NCBI GenBank assembly: GCA_018398765.1
Contig: JAHBMJ010000373.1
Coordinates: 1 to 49,297, forward strand
Length of the DNA stretch: 49,297 nucleotides
Direction of reading: 5' to 3'
From: Chromera velia
Lineage: Eukaryota
Positions within the stretch are counted from its first letter, which is position 1. Every line of letters begins with the position of its first letter. The translations under genes were made by a program, and so were the position numbers. Shown piece after piece: positions 24,157 to 35,649 of the stretch. Below the pieces are notes generated by a model that worked only from the letters and a program-made list of their open reading frames with translations, was not told where the DNA came from and did no database searches.

Positions 24157-26107
24157 TTCTCTATCAGTTTGTCTTTCTCTCGTTCTCTTTCTCCCACACG
24201 CACACACACATACACGTATATACGTATTAATATATGTGTATATATATACGGGGAACGTGACATCAGAGATCAGATGAAAACGACTTTAATTTCTGTTCCA
24301 CAACGGATGCCTGCCGCCACGAATCTGAAAGGCATGCACATTGATCAACGTGAAAGCAAGAACACACGCACAAACAAAACTCATCCATGCTTCACTCTCT
24401 TCACCCCCCACTGACCTCCATTGCCAGTTCGATGCGTCGAGCCTTTTCCGTCTCTCTCTTTGCCCTCATTGCCCCCTCCTGTCTGAGTGCACTGATTCTT
24501 GCCTCCTGTCTATGCCGCAGATTGGCTGCCTGGAAGCTCAAAGTCCCAAAAGAACCAAACTCCGGACGGGCCTCCCAGAGCCTGCATGAAAAACAGCATG
24601 GGTTTGAAGAATCGTGATTTGTCACCAGGCACAGAGAAAATTCTCTTGCAAGATCATAGACGCTTACGGACAGCTCTCTCAATGCCACTTTTCATCCTCT
24701 GCTTGCTACCTTTCTTCTTTCTTTTTCAAATGTTCTCTTCAACGCTCCTTTCTCCCTTACCGTCTGCCTGCCGGCCTGCCTCTTTTTCTCACCCCTCTCC
24801 CTCCCTTCGTTCCTTTCTTCCTTTTCTCTTCTCCCTTCTTTCTCTCCAGCCTCTCTTCCTTTGTTCCTCCCTGTACAAAAACTTCTGCCAGGCCGACTGA
24901 CCCGACGACCCCGTCCTTGGCCGCAGTGCAGTAGAGGTCCCCCTCGTGATCGGGAAACGCAGCACGCACACAGTGCTCCACCTTCGCAAAGGGAGGCACA
25001 CCCGGGGTGTGATCTCTGAAATATTTCGTTGCCACGTGACGAATCCGAATCCTGCTTGTACCAAACAGAGCGATGTCTGTGACAGCATCTCTGCAGAGTC
25101 CCTCTCTCTGCAGAGCTTCCAGAAAGGCCTCCCATGATACTCCCTTCCCTTCACCTGAAATGCCAGAAGAGTCCTCAATCAAGCAAGAGTCCCCCTCAGG
25201 CTCTCCAACGCCCCCTCCGGCAGAGGCGGAAGAAGACGCGCGTAGTGTTGAAGTCAACGCACGAATAGATTTCAGAAGCCTTTCGATTGTTTCGCCTGAC
25301 AACCCGTGAACTACGGCTAGATGTCGCTTCAGCGCTCGCGGGTCTGCCCTGACTAACATCGGACCCATGTCAATCACGGCAGTCTCATCGGGAGCAGACG
25401 CATCTGTGGTCACCTTGTCCGGCTGGTCCTTACTTCTGCCCTTTGAATTTCCGCCCTGGCTTGTTGAAGGGGCAGAAGCAGGCGCGTGGTTGTGCCACAG
25501 AAAACTTTCCTGTTTAACGAAAAAGGTGCTCTTTATCGTTCTGAGTGCCTCTGCGGAGAACTCGAATGGGTGCCGGTGTCGATTTCGACTAGCAGAGGGA
25601 GAAGGAGAAGAAGGCAACGGAACAACACCAGCAGGAAGGTCGTCTTCGCTGTCAGTAGTGTCGTCAGAGAATGTTGAAGCACCTGACACAAGATCGGGAA
25701 CATTCTGTCTTCGAAATCTCCCCCCATTCTGCTCAGGCTGTGGCGAAGGCTCGGGAGTGGTTGACTGCTGGCTGTCGGGTCTGGTCCCTCTCGCACTAGG
25801 AGATTGTTGTTTCCCTCTAAACGTAACGTGTTGCTGGAAGTCTTCAGCTGTGGGACTGCGCTTACTATTGGGAGAAGCATCATTCTGCTTTGCTTGGCCA
25901 ATGTCTTGGTCGTCTGAATCAGATTCCTCAACTTGAAAACCTACAAAAGGGTTTGACAACAGCAGGGCCCCACCATGTGTTGCCCGATTTGAGTGTCGCC
26001 GGGTCATTTTGTTGAACCCTTTTCACTCTCTCTGTCCTGTCTGGTGCCTCTAAGTCTCCACTTTCTACATTCAGAAATGGCTGTAGCTGCGAGTTTGACT
26101 GCTCCAT
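13626..26107 (-). CDS. Large multi-exon WD40-repeat protein with long low-complexity inserts (ends uncertain; could be more than one gene)
   Basis: The splice 24902->24581 creates LYCTAAKDGVVG|LWE. Other WD-like strands: VALGFGDGHIAIY (~20900), LLAGFESGRVAMY (~19940), VACCDISSRLGLLAVAS (~19090), ILSVLESGVVSIH and LVLCAKSLSFW (~18200-18380), SHKHSISALAARLHLVVSCDVSGTAILWD (~16200-16290). GT-AG bounded exons at 24581-24416 and 24009-23602. The start ATG at 26107 and the last exon are tentative. Confidence 0.65.
23336..23468. repeat. (AAAG)n intronic microsatellite
   Basis: Directly visible. Confidence 0.95.
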
Positions 26108-26119
26108 TCCGCCAAATGA

Positions 26120-26409
26120 TTCGACACTTGCATACTTTATGGGATTGTGCATGTATGCGTACTGCATGTAGGCGCGAGTGTGCATGCAACACATTGCAAC
26201 ACCCACATGCACGCATGCATGCAACACGCGCATGCGAATGCAACCCCCATGCTAGCAACCATACTGCTCTTCAGCCCAATTAACGAAAACACTCGATCGA
26301 TCGATCGATCGATCAACCGATACATGCATGAAAAAACCGATACGTGCAATCCAAACAAAAACGTATGTATATATATATCTATCTATATATATATATATAT
26401 ATATACGCG

Positions 26410-26440
<31 letters not shown>
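26120..26440. promoter_or_regulatory. Putative bidirectional promoter with dense TGCA/GCATGC cluster, (GATC)n and (TA)n
   Basis: Between the divergent WD40 (-) and FG-GAP (+) starts; repeated tgcatg/gcatgc at 26147-26245; (GATC)n at ~26295-26314. Confidence 0.5.
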
Positions 26441-26644
26441 ACACAAAATTCAATCTTAGTCATTAATACCATATAGTAGAACAATGTGTGGACTTTTGAG
26501 GCATTCGCGGGGAGAACGGAACTTCTGCCTTTTCGCCTTGACATCTTCAAAAGCGGTTCTTCTCTTGAAGCATATCCTCAGCAGAGCAAACGAAACACGC
26601 ACCCAACCTGCTCAGCAGCATGCAGGACGGCATATATAAGTGAA

Positions 26645-28900
26645 ATGGCAGAAGAAATTGGAGAGGACCTTGAAAAGGTCTCTCATCCAGAACCAGAAGT
26701 TAAAGTTGAAGTTGGGACACAGGCAAGGACTCCCAAACGAAGGAACGATAGACAAAGACTTCCAGTCTTTTCCGTTGGAAGAGATTTGGCTTGTTATCTG
26801 TGCATCTGTTTCGTCTTGCCTTTGTTGACTGTTGCCGTAGCATTTGCGGTTCAGAACATCAACAGGCCGAGTGACAAATGGTTGAGAATTTCAAACCGCC
26901 TCTCCTGGTCGGGCTCTGCAGACACCTCAAGCGTGTCCACCCAGGTTTGTGCAGCTTACCGAGATGAGCTCCCCTCTCCCGGATACTGCAAAGCCACCGT
27001 GACTTCGTTTTCGTCCGAGAGGCGTCTCGAAGCTGTCAATGAGGAAGAAAGCCTGATTGCAGGCAAGGCCGCTACCACCGGAACAGGCACGTACCTGGTG
27101 GTGGTGGAGGTCGGATACAGTGACAGCTACAAGCTCGAGATAGCCAGATCCCGGGCACAGACCCTCGCCTCCTCTTCTGTATCAGGAGGCGTGCGGGACA
27201 CGGAATTCGGTCAGAGGCTCTCGACAGCGTTTAGCTCGCACCTCAATCTTTCCCTGCAGTCTGTCACAGTAACGAAAGTGAGAGAAAGGGGACAGAGAGG
27301 GGAGTATTTTGGGAGCAGCTTCTTTGTAGAAGAATTCACACGTACGTCCACCACTACCACAACGTCCACCACGACAACCTTGCAGTCGATTAACTTTGAC
27401 GTCGGTTACTGGGCAAAAATAACCTCCACAGCAACATCCAGCCAATTTGGCACCATTGTTGCAACGGGAGATGTGAACGGTGATGGGATTGATGACATTG
27501 CGTTTGGGTCGGGGAGCACGAGCACCACCCTTCATGTGATGTTTGGTGGCTCCGGTGTCGGATCTAGTAGCGTTGACGTGGCAAATCTCGACGGCCAGAC
27601 AGGTTTCAATGTCACTGCGAGTGCCGTAGTTGGGAGCACTTGTCTGACTCTTGGGGATGTTGATGGGGATTCAATTGATGATCTCATCTTCACCGACGCG
27701 AGCGGTTATATTTACATTTTTTTCGGCCGCTCGACCTGGAGTCGCACCTATGCCGGTGAAACAGAAGCCGATGTCATCATCACTTTTACCAACGCCTGGA
27801 CGTCCTGCACGGCCGTGTGCGATGTCCAGAACGATGGTAAGAATGACATCGTGTTGGGGTCTGAGGCAATTGAGGGTGCAATTCTGTACGGACGTCCCAG
27901 GAGTGATTGGACGTCCGCAAATTCCCTGTTCCTCAGCTCTGTGGCCTCTGTGCTGAGACTTTATGAGCCCAGCGCCACCCTTTACAAGTTCGGTTCGACC
28001 ACCGGGTGTGTCGACCTGAATGGAGATGGGTTGGATGAGTGGCTTGTATCAGAGCCCGACTATACATTCAATTCTAAGTCTGGGAGGTTGTGGGTGATTT
28101 CCGGACTGTCCAACTCCCCCACGGGAAGTTACACCACTACGGCAACCGATTTTTTGAGTGTTGTCACCGTAAAGACCCTCGAAAGTTCCTCGTCCACTCT
28201 TGACTTTCCTAGTGGACCCATAGCGAGGGCGGGGGACATCAACGGAGACGGGGTTCCCGACGCAATTATCGGAGCGTCCGCTTTCACATTGGACGGTCAA
28301 GCGTGTGGGGCTGCATTTATTCTTTTCGGAACATCCGACCTCTCGTCACTTCGTACTCTCGGTGATTCAAGTCCCGTCACCATGACGGAGAACTCCGCAG
28401 ACCCGACAGCTGTCATTCTTTCCAACCCCACATATACGTCGGCACTTTTAGGGACCGCCGTCTCGGCCCTCTGGGATTTGGACGGGGATGGAGTGAATGA
28501 GGTGGCAGTATGCCAACCCCAGGCAGACAATTGCTTGATTGCATACGGAAAAGATGTGACAGATGCAGGCCAAAAGTTTGTTGATGCAGAAGGAGATACC
28601 TCAACCCAGACATCCCGTTTTTTCCATTCCAGTCTCCTCCGTCAAAGAAGAAGAAGGATGCAGCAGAGCACCTTCAACCCAAATTCCCAGTCCAAAGTGA
28701 CCGAGAAATCAAAAAACGATTCCCCACTCTCCGCCCTCCGTCAACTTCGGACAATAGGAGGGACAGTTTCCGCGACGGCCAATCTTGGCTCAGCGTTTGC
28801 GGTGGGAGACATCAATGGGGATGGGTTCCCCGACATTTTGATAGGGGCACCAGGGGACCTGGTGACCACAGATCCCGTCGTCTACATTCTTGCATCATAG
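26645..28900 (+). CDS. Intronless type II membrane protein with seven FG-GAP (integrin-alpha-like) Ca2+-binding repeats
   Basis: First in-frame ATG at 26645 (MAEE). Hydrophobic segment YLCICFVLPLLTVAVAFAV; Thr-rich stalk; seven DxxGDGxxD-type loops (DVNGDGIDD, DVDGDSIDD, DVQNDGKND, DLNGDGLDE, DINGDGVPD, DLDGDGVNE, DINGDGFPD) and IGAP. Confidence 0.88.
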   Translation: MAEEIGEDLEKVSHPEPEVKVEVGTQARTPKRRNDRQRLPVFSVGRDLACYLCICFVLPLLTVAVAFAVQNINRPSDKWLRISNRLSWSGSADTSSVSTQVCAAYRDELPSPGYCKATVTSFSSERRLEAVNEEESLIAGKAATTGTGTYLVVVEVGYSDSYKLEIARSRAQTLASSSVSGGVRDTEFGQRLSTAFSSHLNLSLQSVTVTKVRERGQRGEYFGSSFFVEEFTRTSTTTTTSTTTTLQSINFDVGYWAKITSTATSSQFGTIVATGDVNGDGIDDIAFGSGSTSTTLHVMFGGSGVGSSSVDVANLDGQTGFNVTASAVVGSTCLTLGDVDGDSIDDLIFTDASGYIYIFFGRSTWSRTYAGETEADVIITFTNAWTSCTAVCDVQNDGKNDIVLGSEAIEGAILYGRPRSDWTSANSLFLSSVASVLRLYEPSATLYKFGSTTGCVDLNGDGLDEWLVSEPDYTFNSKSGRLWVISGLSNSPTGSYTTTATDFLSVVTVKTLESSSSTLDFPSGPIARAGDINGDGVPDAIIGASAFTLDGQACGAAFILFGTSDLSSLRTLGDSSPVTMTENSADPTAVILSNPTYTSALLGTAVSALWDLDGDGVNEVAVCQPQADNCLIAYGKDVTDAGQKFVDAEGDTSTQTSRFFHSSLLRQRRRRMQQSTFNPNSQSKVTEKSKNDSPLSALRQLRTIGGTVSATANLGSAFAVGDINGDGFPDILIGAPGDLVTTDPVVYILAS

Positions 28901-28949
28901 TTCACTTGTTGGACTAATGATTCAAAATCAAAAAAGGGACCATAATTCC

Positions 28950-29560
28950 TTGCCCCCTGCCGGTTTGATAATTCAAATTATTTATATGTACGTACATATT
29001 GCGTTTAAGTTTTAAATAAAAACTGCAGTGTACTTTTATGATGACTGAGAAATCATGATTCTATGAATTAAAGTCATTTACATTTTCTCTGTTATTTGTT
29101 TCAATTGTTTTAAATTTTTGTTCTATACACATTGGCATGCAACACATTCAAACAATAGAAACATAAAAGTTTAATACGTCTAATTATGACTCTAATATAA
29201 AATTATTGAAGTTATAAATTGAATTCAAGTGCTTAACTTTTAGCCTGAGTGCATGAATTGCATTTTTTATAATTGCATTCCATAAATTGCATAAATTGCC
29301 TTGTAAATTGCATCTTATTTCATATTTTCGTTTGCGTATACCAAGAAATTATTCAGCATACTAATTCAAGTTCAAATTCTAACTTATATATAGTAGCAAC
29401 AATAATCAATTTTCTTATAAGACATACAAATGAATTCAAAGCTATAAAACTTATGTATAGTTTCGCACAACATTTCAAAAATTAGTTATAATTGGCGATA
29501 TGCTAGGGTTATGTAAATAGATACCTGTATTGATTTATCACCTAGTTAATCACATCATCG
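28950..29560. repeat. AT-rich intergenic island
   Basis: Sharp composition shift between convergent 3' ends; short AATTGCAT repeats at ~29257-29313. Confidence 0.5.
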
Positions 29561-30303
29561 GCATAGACATGCATGATGCATGAACAAAATGACACTATCG
29601 CTCTACAAGAGGAGGTCTTTTTCAGAAAAGATGCAGCCACAGCTAGGCCATTAATTTATCGGCCTCATGCAACTGTTACCATTGACCTGGCCATTGACAT
29701 GGAGCGAAATCCATACATACACAGCGCACAACTATACAATCTCATGCATGCGGATGAAGCGGCTATCAAACACATGATCGTCGAATTTGGAATCCTGGCA
29801 GAGCCATCCATGGAGCGACAAGCAAGGAACGAATGGGAGTCATTCAATCGCATCATGCATGCATTTATCGATCTGATTCATGCACTGATGCAATCCATCA
29901 TTGAAGCAACAATCCATTCCGACGACATCATGCAGTGCATCTCTCCCCAACAACTTTGCTTGCTATACACGGGGAGCCGCCATGCAGAAAAAGTTGCGTA
30001 CGCAGACATGCATTGCTCGAATGCATCGGAATGCACGCCGAGTCTCACCGTCCCCTTTTCCCAAGAAGAACAACCCAAGTTCAACTGGAGAACAATGCAT
30101 TCATCTATATAAGACACGCATGCACATTCATCTCACACCCCCAACAAAACCCAAATTGCCAAGAATGGATGAACCATTCAAGAAGCAACACAAAACACTT
30201 TCAACCTGGTCAGTCACTTTTTTCGGACTCATGTAACCATGCAGAGCAGCGGATCGAGACTCAGTTCCTCTCTGAGTCGCCTCATGAATTGAATTCACAC
30301 ACT

Positions 30304-30991
30304 TCACTTCTTCATCAAGGCATCGGCAGCCCAGTCCAGGCCCTCGTACAGTCCGTCTCCTGAGGGAGCACAGGTGGCCTGCACGTGCCAGAGACGATTC
30401 CGGACAGACGGCAATCTCAGCTTCTCTGCCACCTCCCCTGCCGACATCGCGTTCGGTAGATCCTGCTTGTTGGCATACACCAACAGACGAGCGTCCGAAA
30501 GTTCGGGTGCTCTGAGGACTTCCTCGAGCTCCTCTGCCGCCTCCTCGATTCGGTCTCTGTCCGCAGCGTCCACCACGAAGATCACGAGGTTGCACCCATT
30601 GTAGTAGTGATGCCAGAGACGCCTGATGATCTTCTGACCACCGATATCCCACACAGTCAGGTTCAGATTCCGGTAAGTCACCTCCTCCACATTGAAGCCT
30701 GCATACACGGAAATCAACGGGAGGAGAGAATGTTAATCATGTGCATGCGCACACATTTGAGCTGCTGGACGGGACTAGCTGAGTTTTGAGCCAGTCTGGC
30801 TGGATGACTGGCTGTCTGGCTGGCTGGCTGACTGACTGACCGAGTGTGGGAATGGTGTTGACGTTCTCCCCAATCTTCAGGTTATACAAGACGGTCGTCT
30901 TGCCTGCAGCGTCCAAGCCGATCATCACAGCCCGCACAGGCTTGCCTCCTCCCCACACAAGCTGAGCGAAACGAGAAACAAAGAGACCCAT
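30304..30991 (-). CDS. ARF: ADP-ribosylation factor (ARF family small GTPase); exons 30991-30841 and 30698-30304
   Basis: MG myristoylation start, P-loop [17 protein letters not shown] joined across a 142-nt GT-AG intron, [25 protein letters not shown]. Confidence 0.96.
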
Positions 30992-31989
30992 ACTGTCGAG
31001 AGAATCGAAGCAAGAACTTCGGAGGGAAACTACTCAGAGACGGGTGGAGACGTGCTTGTTTGAGAACAACTGTTGTTACGAGTGTCAGTCAGAAGGAAGA
31101 GGACTTCAGAGTTTCTTGAAGGGTTTACAAACTTTCAAGCTTTCAGGCTGATCAAATGAGAGCTGTAAAGGATTGAGAGCATCCACGTTGGTCAGCAGCA
31201 AAGGAGATTCAATGCCTGCTTCAAATGAAATTTGTTGTGCATGTTGCGGGCATCTGCATGCATATGCGCATGCATGCGCCTGATATGCGCCTGTATCGCT
31301 CTGATCCGATTCCCACACTTTCCGACGTCAGGCTGGAATCGGATAATGGCCCTGGCCCCGAAATGGCAGCATCGACATCGGACGTGAAACGGTACTCCCT
31401 TGACTTGAGTTTTGCCAAGTAAATTGGAGTTTTCGGGGGAAAATTGAAGCATTTCTGTTAAATTTTCGCGGAAAACTCAAGTTTTCGACCCGAACCGTTG
31501 CGGCGGGACTGACGCACGCGAATAGACTGTTGTTGCATCTAGGACTGCTGTTTCATTAGCTGTTGCACAGTGCATGAGACGTTGAGAAAGTCATCCTTCA
31601 TTCATATATAACGTCCTGAAGGAATACCGTTTCTCCCAGAAGCGTTCCTCCCATTCCACTCAGCTATTTGTCTGTGTTCTCTTCTCTTCTCGGATAAATC
31701 CGCACGTCGCATTGTTGCACAGACTTGCTCAATGTGTTGTCAAACAACAGTTGTTTCAAAGCAACCATGTTGCACAAAGTGTTGCTTCTGTCATTCGTCT
31801 GGGTTTCCCCCCTTTGGCCGGTGCATGTTCGGGCGTGCCTGGGACGCAATTTCTTCTGGTGTCGCCTCTGGATGGGACTCGACAAAGGATCATGCCAAGA
31901 CGGTGGCGTGCTTGGCCTCTTCCCGTAACTTCTATGGCAGGCAGACCCTTGCATGAGTGCATGCAGCCACGACCTGAGGGTCCTCTTCG

Positions 31990-33130
31990 TAGATAAACAG
32001 CAAATGGAATCACACAACGTCCACGGTGTCTCAGAGTATCGATCTGTCTTGCATACCGGTCTCCATTACGGTATGAGTATGAAGAATCAGACGAAGAAGC
32101 CAATCACAGTGCAGATTTATGCAGTCCTTCTATGCTGACTATGTTAAGGTCTACCCTGGCCACGGTCCCAGCTACGTTCGAGAAGACCAATCCGTGTAGC
32201 AGGAAGTCCACACGACCATCTTGAATCAATTTCCACTGCAGCGATGTCCACCGTCTCCCTGGACTGTCTGAACGTCAGCCAGACGAAGGACAAAGAAGAG
32301 TTCTCACTCTCAATGGCAGGCCTCGAGCCCCTCTAGACCGTGGAGGCCTGCGCAGAAGCGAGTGACTGGAATAGGGTGTCTCTCTGCCCGATTCAGGGAG
32401 CCAAAAGAGAGCTGCACAGATGCATGTGCACAGAGTGTGCAGGCATGAACGAGAGCGGTGTCTGATTGAAGACACCTGACTCGCGATCCTCCTTTGTATT
32501 GAAGAAGCCGTAAATAAATTGAAGAACGAGAGACTAACTCGATTGAAATTCGGGCTCTCTCCTTTTCAGAAGAAGGTAGAGAAAGCATTCTCGGTTGTGG
32601 ACGAATCATGTGGGTGGTATCGATGGCGCATGGAGTCTGCAGAGAATTTTGTGGACCTGCATGTGAGTGATCATCGACTAATCATTGATGATGGCCGCAT
32701 GGGAAGGTGGCGGTTGGAGCCCTTTCGGGAAGATTCTCTGAGGCAGAAAAGGCAGAAGAGGAAAAACTTGGCAGCCATTGTGTCGTCAAGCAGACCGAAA
32801 AGATCGCTGATGAAAAGACTGCAGGTCTGTCTGCGTCTTTGGGTGTGAAGAACTTCTAGAGGTCATCGTTCGCATTTGTTTTTCAGCTTTCTGTTTGGAT
32901 TCTTTGGCGTTCCCCTTTTTCTCCCGCTCATTGTCTCTCTTCCTTTTGCCTGTCTGACTCGGCCATCTGTAGCGTTGTCTCCTTTGTTGACTCCAGTGCG
33001 TGTGAGACAGTCTGCAACATGGGAGAAACTTCCGTCGGCAGGTTCTTCAATTCCAAGCTTCGTGTGATACCTCTGGTAGGGGAGGGCGTGAGGGTCTTCT
33101 GAGCCGAACATTTTCGAGTGCTGGGTGACG
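31990..33130 (+). pseudogene. Possible decayed or unannotated spliced gene of unknown function
   Basis: Protein-like fragments (FMQSFYADYVKVYPGHGPSYVREDQSV*QEVHTTILNQF; ORF 32519-32824 ending in cag|gtctgt followed by pyrimidine-rich intron-like sequence) but no recognisable domain. Confidence 0.25.
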
Positions 33131-33339
33131 TGTGGCATTCCGATGGGGGGCACCAACTGTAAGAGGGCCCTGCACATGCACGCCCATGCACTGTCTCTAC
33201 TCGAGGAGACTTCGTTTTGCCATCCCACCCAAAGGTATACACCGGGTATCAAATTTTTGAATCACGTCATGAAGTTCTGCTCTGTCTCCCTCGCCCCTGC
33301 CTGGGGGATTGAATTGTATTCAATTCAGAATATGTGACT

Positions 33340-33341
<2 letters not shown>

Positions 33342-33395
<54 letters not shown>

Positions 33396-33410
33396 TCTGT
33401 GTGTGTGTGT
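33342..33410. repeat. (CT)n(GT)n microsatellite
   Basis: Directly visible. Confidence 0.95.
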
Positions 33411-33439
33411 CAGAGTTCCTCTCAGTGTGCATGTCAGTT

Positions 33440-34340
33440 TCTCTCATTAAAAATGCTTTGTTGATCAGCCAAAGCAAAAAAGCAAGATTTGAACTTCAAA
33501 ATATAATGATACATGTACTAGCTAGCAAAAAGAAGATGTGGCGGTTTTAAATTCCTTTGTACTTATACATACCTCTTCTTTGTTGTGCATGCAAAGTCGT
33601 TTAAAAATTGTATGTAAAGATTCACAACAATATTAAATATAAAGCATGTTTAAATTGCATTGTTTTAAAGTTATAGCTATATACAGCTATAGTGTCAAAC
33701 GCTTTGCTGGCTCTAGTGTTGGCTGGTCAAATCTAGGGTCAAATTAACATTTTTGTTTTTTCGATTACCTTCCACCCTATAATAGCTTAACATATTCTAG
33801 TTTACTGATACTTCACATTGTCTAGCGAATGTTTCTAGGAATGTTTATTTATTTATTTTTAAGTTATATATATGAATCGAGTATTCAAGCTATCATCGAA
33901 ATCTCTTAAATTGCATGAGACTTCAAAATAGAAACGTTTAAAAAATTTGTTTAAGATACATAAAAATGTAGAATCTATCCATTACATTCATAACTACTAG
34001 ACTAGTTACTAGACTAAGTAGACTTCCATATTCATTTTATCTTCTTTAAGAATCTTTATATTGAAAGTTGAACATCCTGATGATGATGAGGTGACTTAAC
34101 CTACCAGCTATCGTGTCCTATAGTGGACTTGATGCCTAGGTGAGGATTTATATATATAAACTTGTATACTATTCTAGAAGTGGTCAATTATGGCTTTCAA
34201 TCTCACACCAATATTGTTTTTAGGCTAGTCTGAGCCTCTAGGCAAGAACAATTACCCCACTTTGTACGGAGTGGCTAGGCGACCACTATAAAAAAAAATA
34301 AAAAAAAAGCTAAAATCTTATTTTTAGTTTTCTAATTTTT
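33440..34340. repeat. AT-rich, CTAG-rich intergenic island
   Basis: Composition shift; 'actactagactagttactagactaagtagac' at ~33993-34023. Confidence 0.55.
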
Positions 34341-35269
34341 GGGGAGGAAAGCTCTGCATGTGCATGATGATGTCGTACGCCGTGGTCAGCGGCCCGTGCT
34401 AGGGCCCGTGGGCACTCGATCGACTCGGAGTCCCTGCCGCAGGACCCCCGCGCAGCGTATGCATGCAAACCGGCCGGTCACGGGCCGCGCGTGCATGCAT
34501 CCCCAGCCGGCAACTTCGCTCATGCAAATGGGCTCAGTCAAACGCCTGCAGCGGTTTGTCTAACCTTATACGGCCTTTTTGCCTCAAACACCAGCTTCGA
34601 TCCAGCAGCCTACTGCTAGCTGCTGAGCGTGTGACAGATCTATTACTGACTGAAAGACTGACTTTCTAGCGGAGTGGATGTTAATGATGTTATTAGCTAT
34701 CGATAGCGCTACCACTCGATAGCAGAGTACCCGGGCCGAAGGGCGCATTTCAACTCAGGGAAAGATTGAGATCTGCTGGTGTTGAGAAGAGCACCGCGAG
34801 TGACACCACCTCAACACGTGTGTGGAAGAATTCAGGGAAGCCAACAAAACTCCCCCGAAACCGTTAAATAAACCCCACGGCACCAGCCGGCTGTAGGGAA
34901 AGTAAGCAAACAAAAACTCCGTGCAGTCAAAGCACTGACAAGCTGACAAAAAACTGTTTGATCGAATTCGAACTTCCCGCATCGTGTGCGCAAGCTGCAG
35001 TGCAAGCGCGTGTAATCAGACATGAGGAGACACGTCTCTCTCTCACTCTCGCGTGAGAGTCACTTTAGACTCCCACATGAAGGTGTGATCCCGCTTCCCA
35101 TCTCCTTTGATTATCGAAGAAGGAAGGGAGAAAGAAGGGAATCATGGAACAAAGGGTCAAAACCATGCATGAAGGCAATCATACGATACGAATTGACAGG
35201 AACATGAGCCAGCCAAACGATTCAGACAGAAGGAAGGAAGAAGACAGGATCGATCCTTCTTCCTCTGTG

Positions 35270-35311
<42 letters not shown>

Positions 35312-35649
35312 CGAAATTGATTGAAAAAGAGTTTAGACGAATGAATAAGAAAGGAATCACACGGGGAAAAAGCGTTGCTTCTGTCCCACATCTGTACACT
35401 GTACCCATGCATGCAAAGGCTGCGTTTTAATTCAGAGATCCTTCTTCAACTTTATCTCACACACACAAATTCGTTCTCGACAAATACCGTTCACGTTTCC
35501 CTTTTTCCATTTCATCTCCCTCTCAACCAATCAGTGGCCTGTGTCACGCGCGCTCTCTCTCTGTGCTCTCCTGAGCCTGAAAGATCTTGCACTCCGCACA
35601 ACATGTTTTTTCCTTCATTCCTCTCGTCTCTCCTTCATTTTCCTTCCTG

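Noticed and set aside
29573..30112. 179-aa plus-strand ORF
   Set aside because: No recognisable domain; rich in ATGCA motifs typical of non-coding DNA here; lies antisense to the probable ARF 3' UTR. Not fully excluded.
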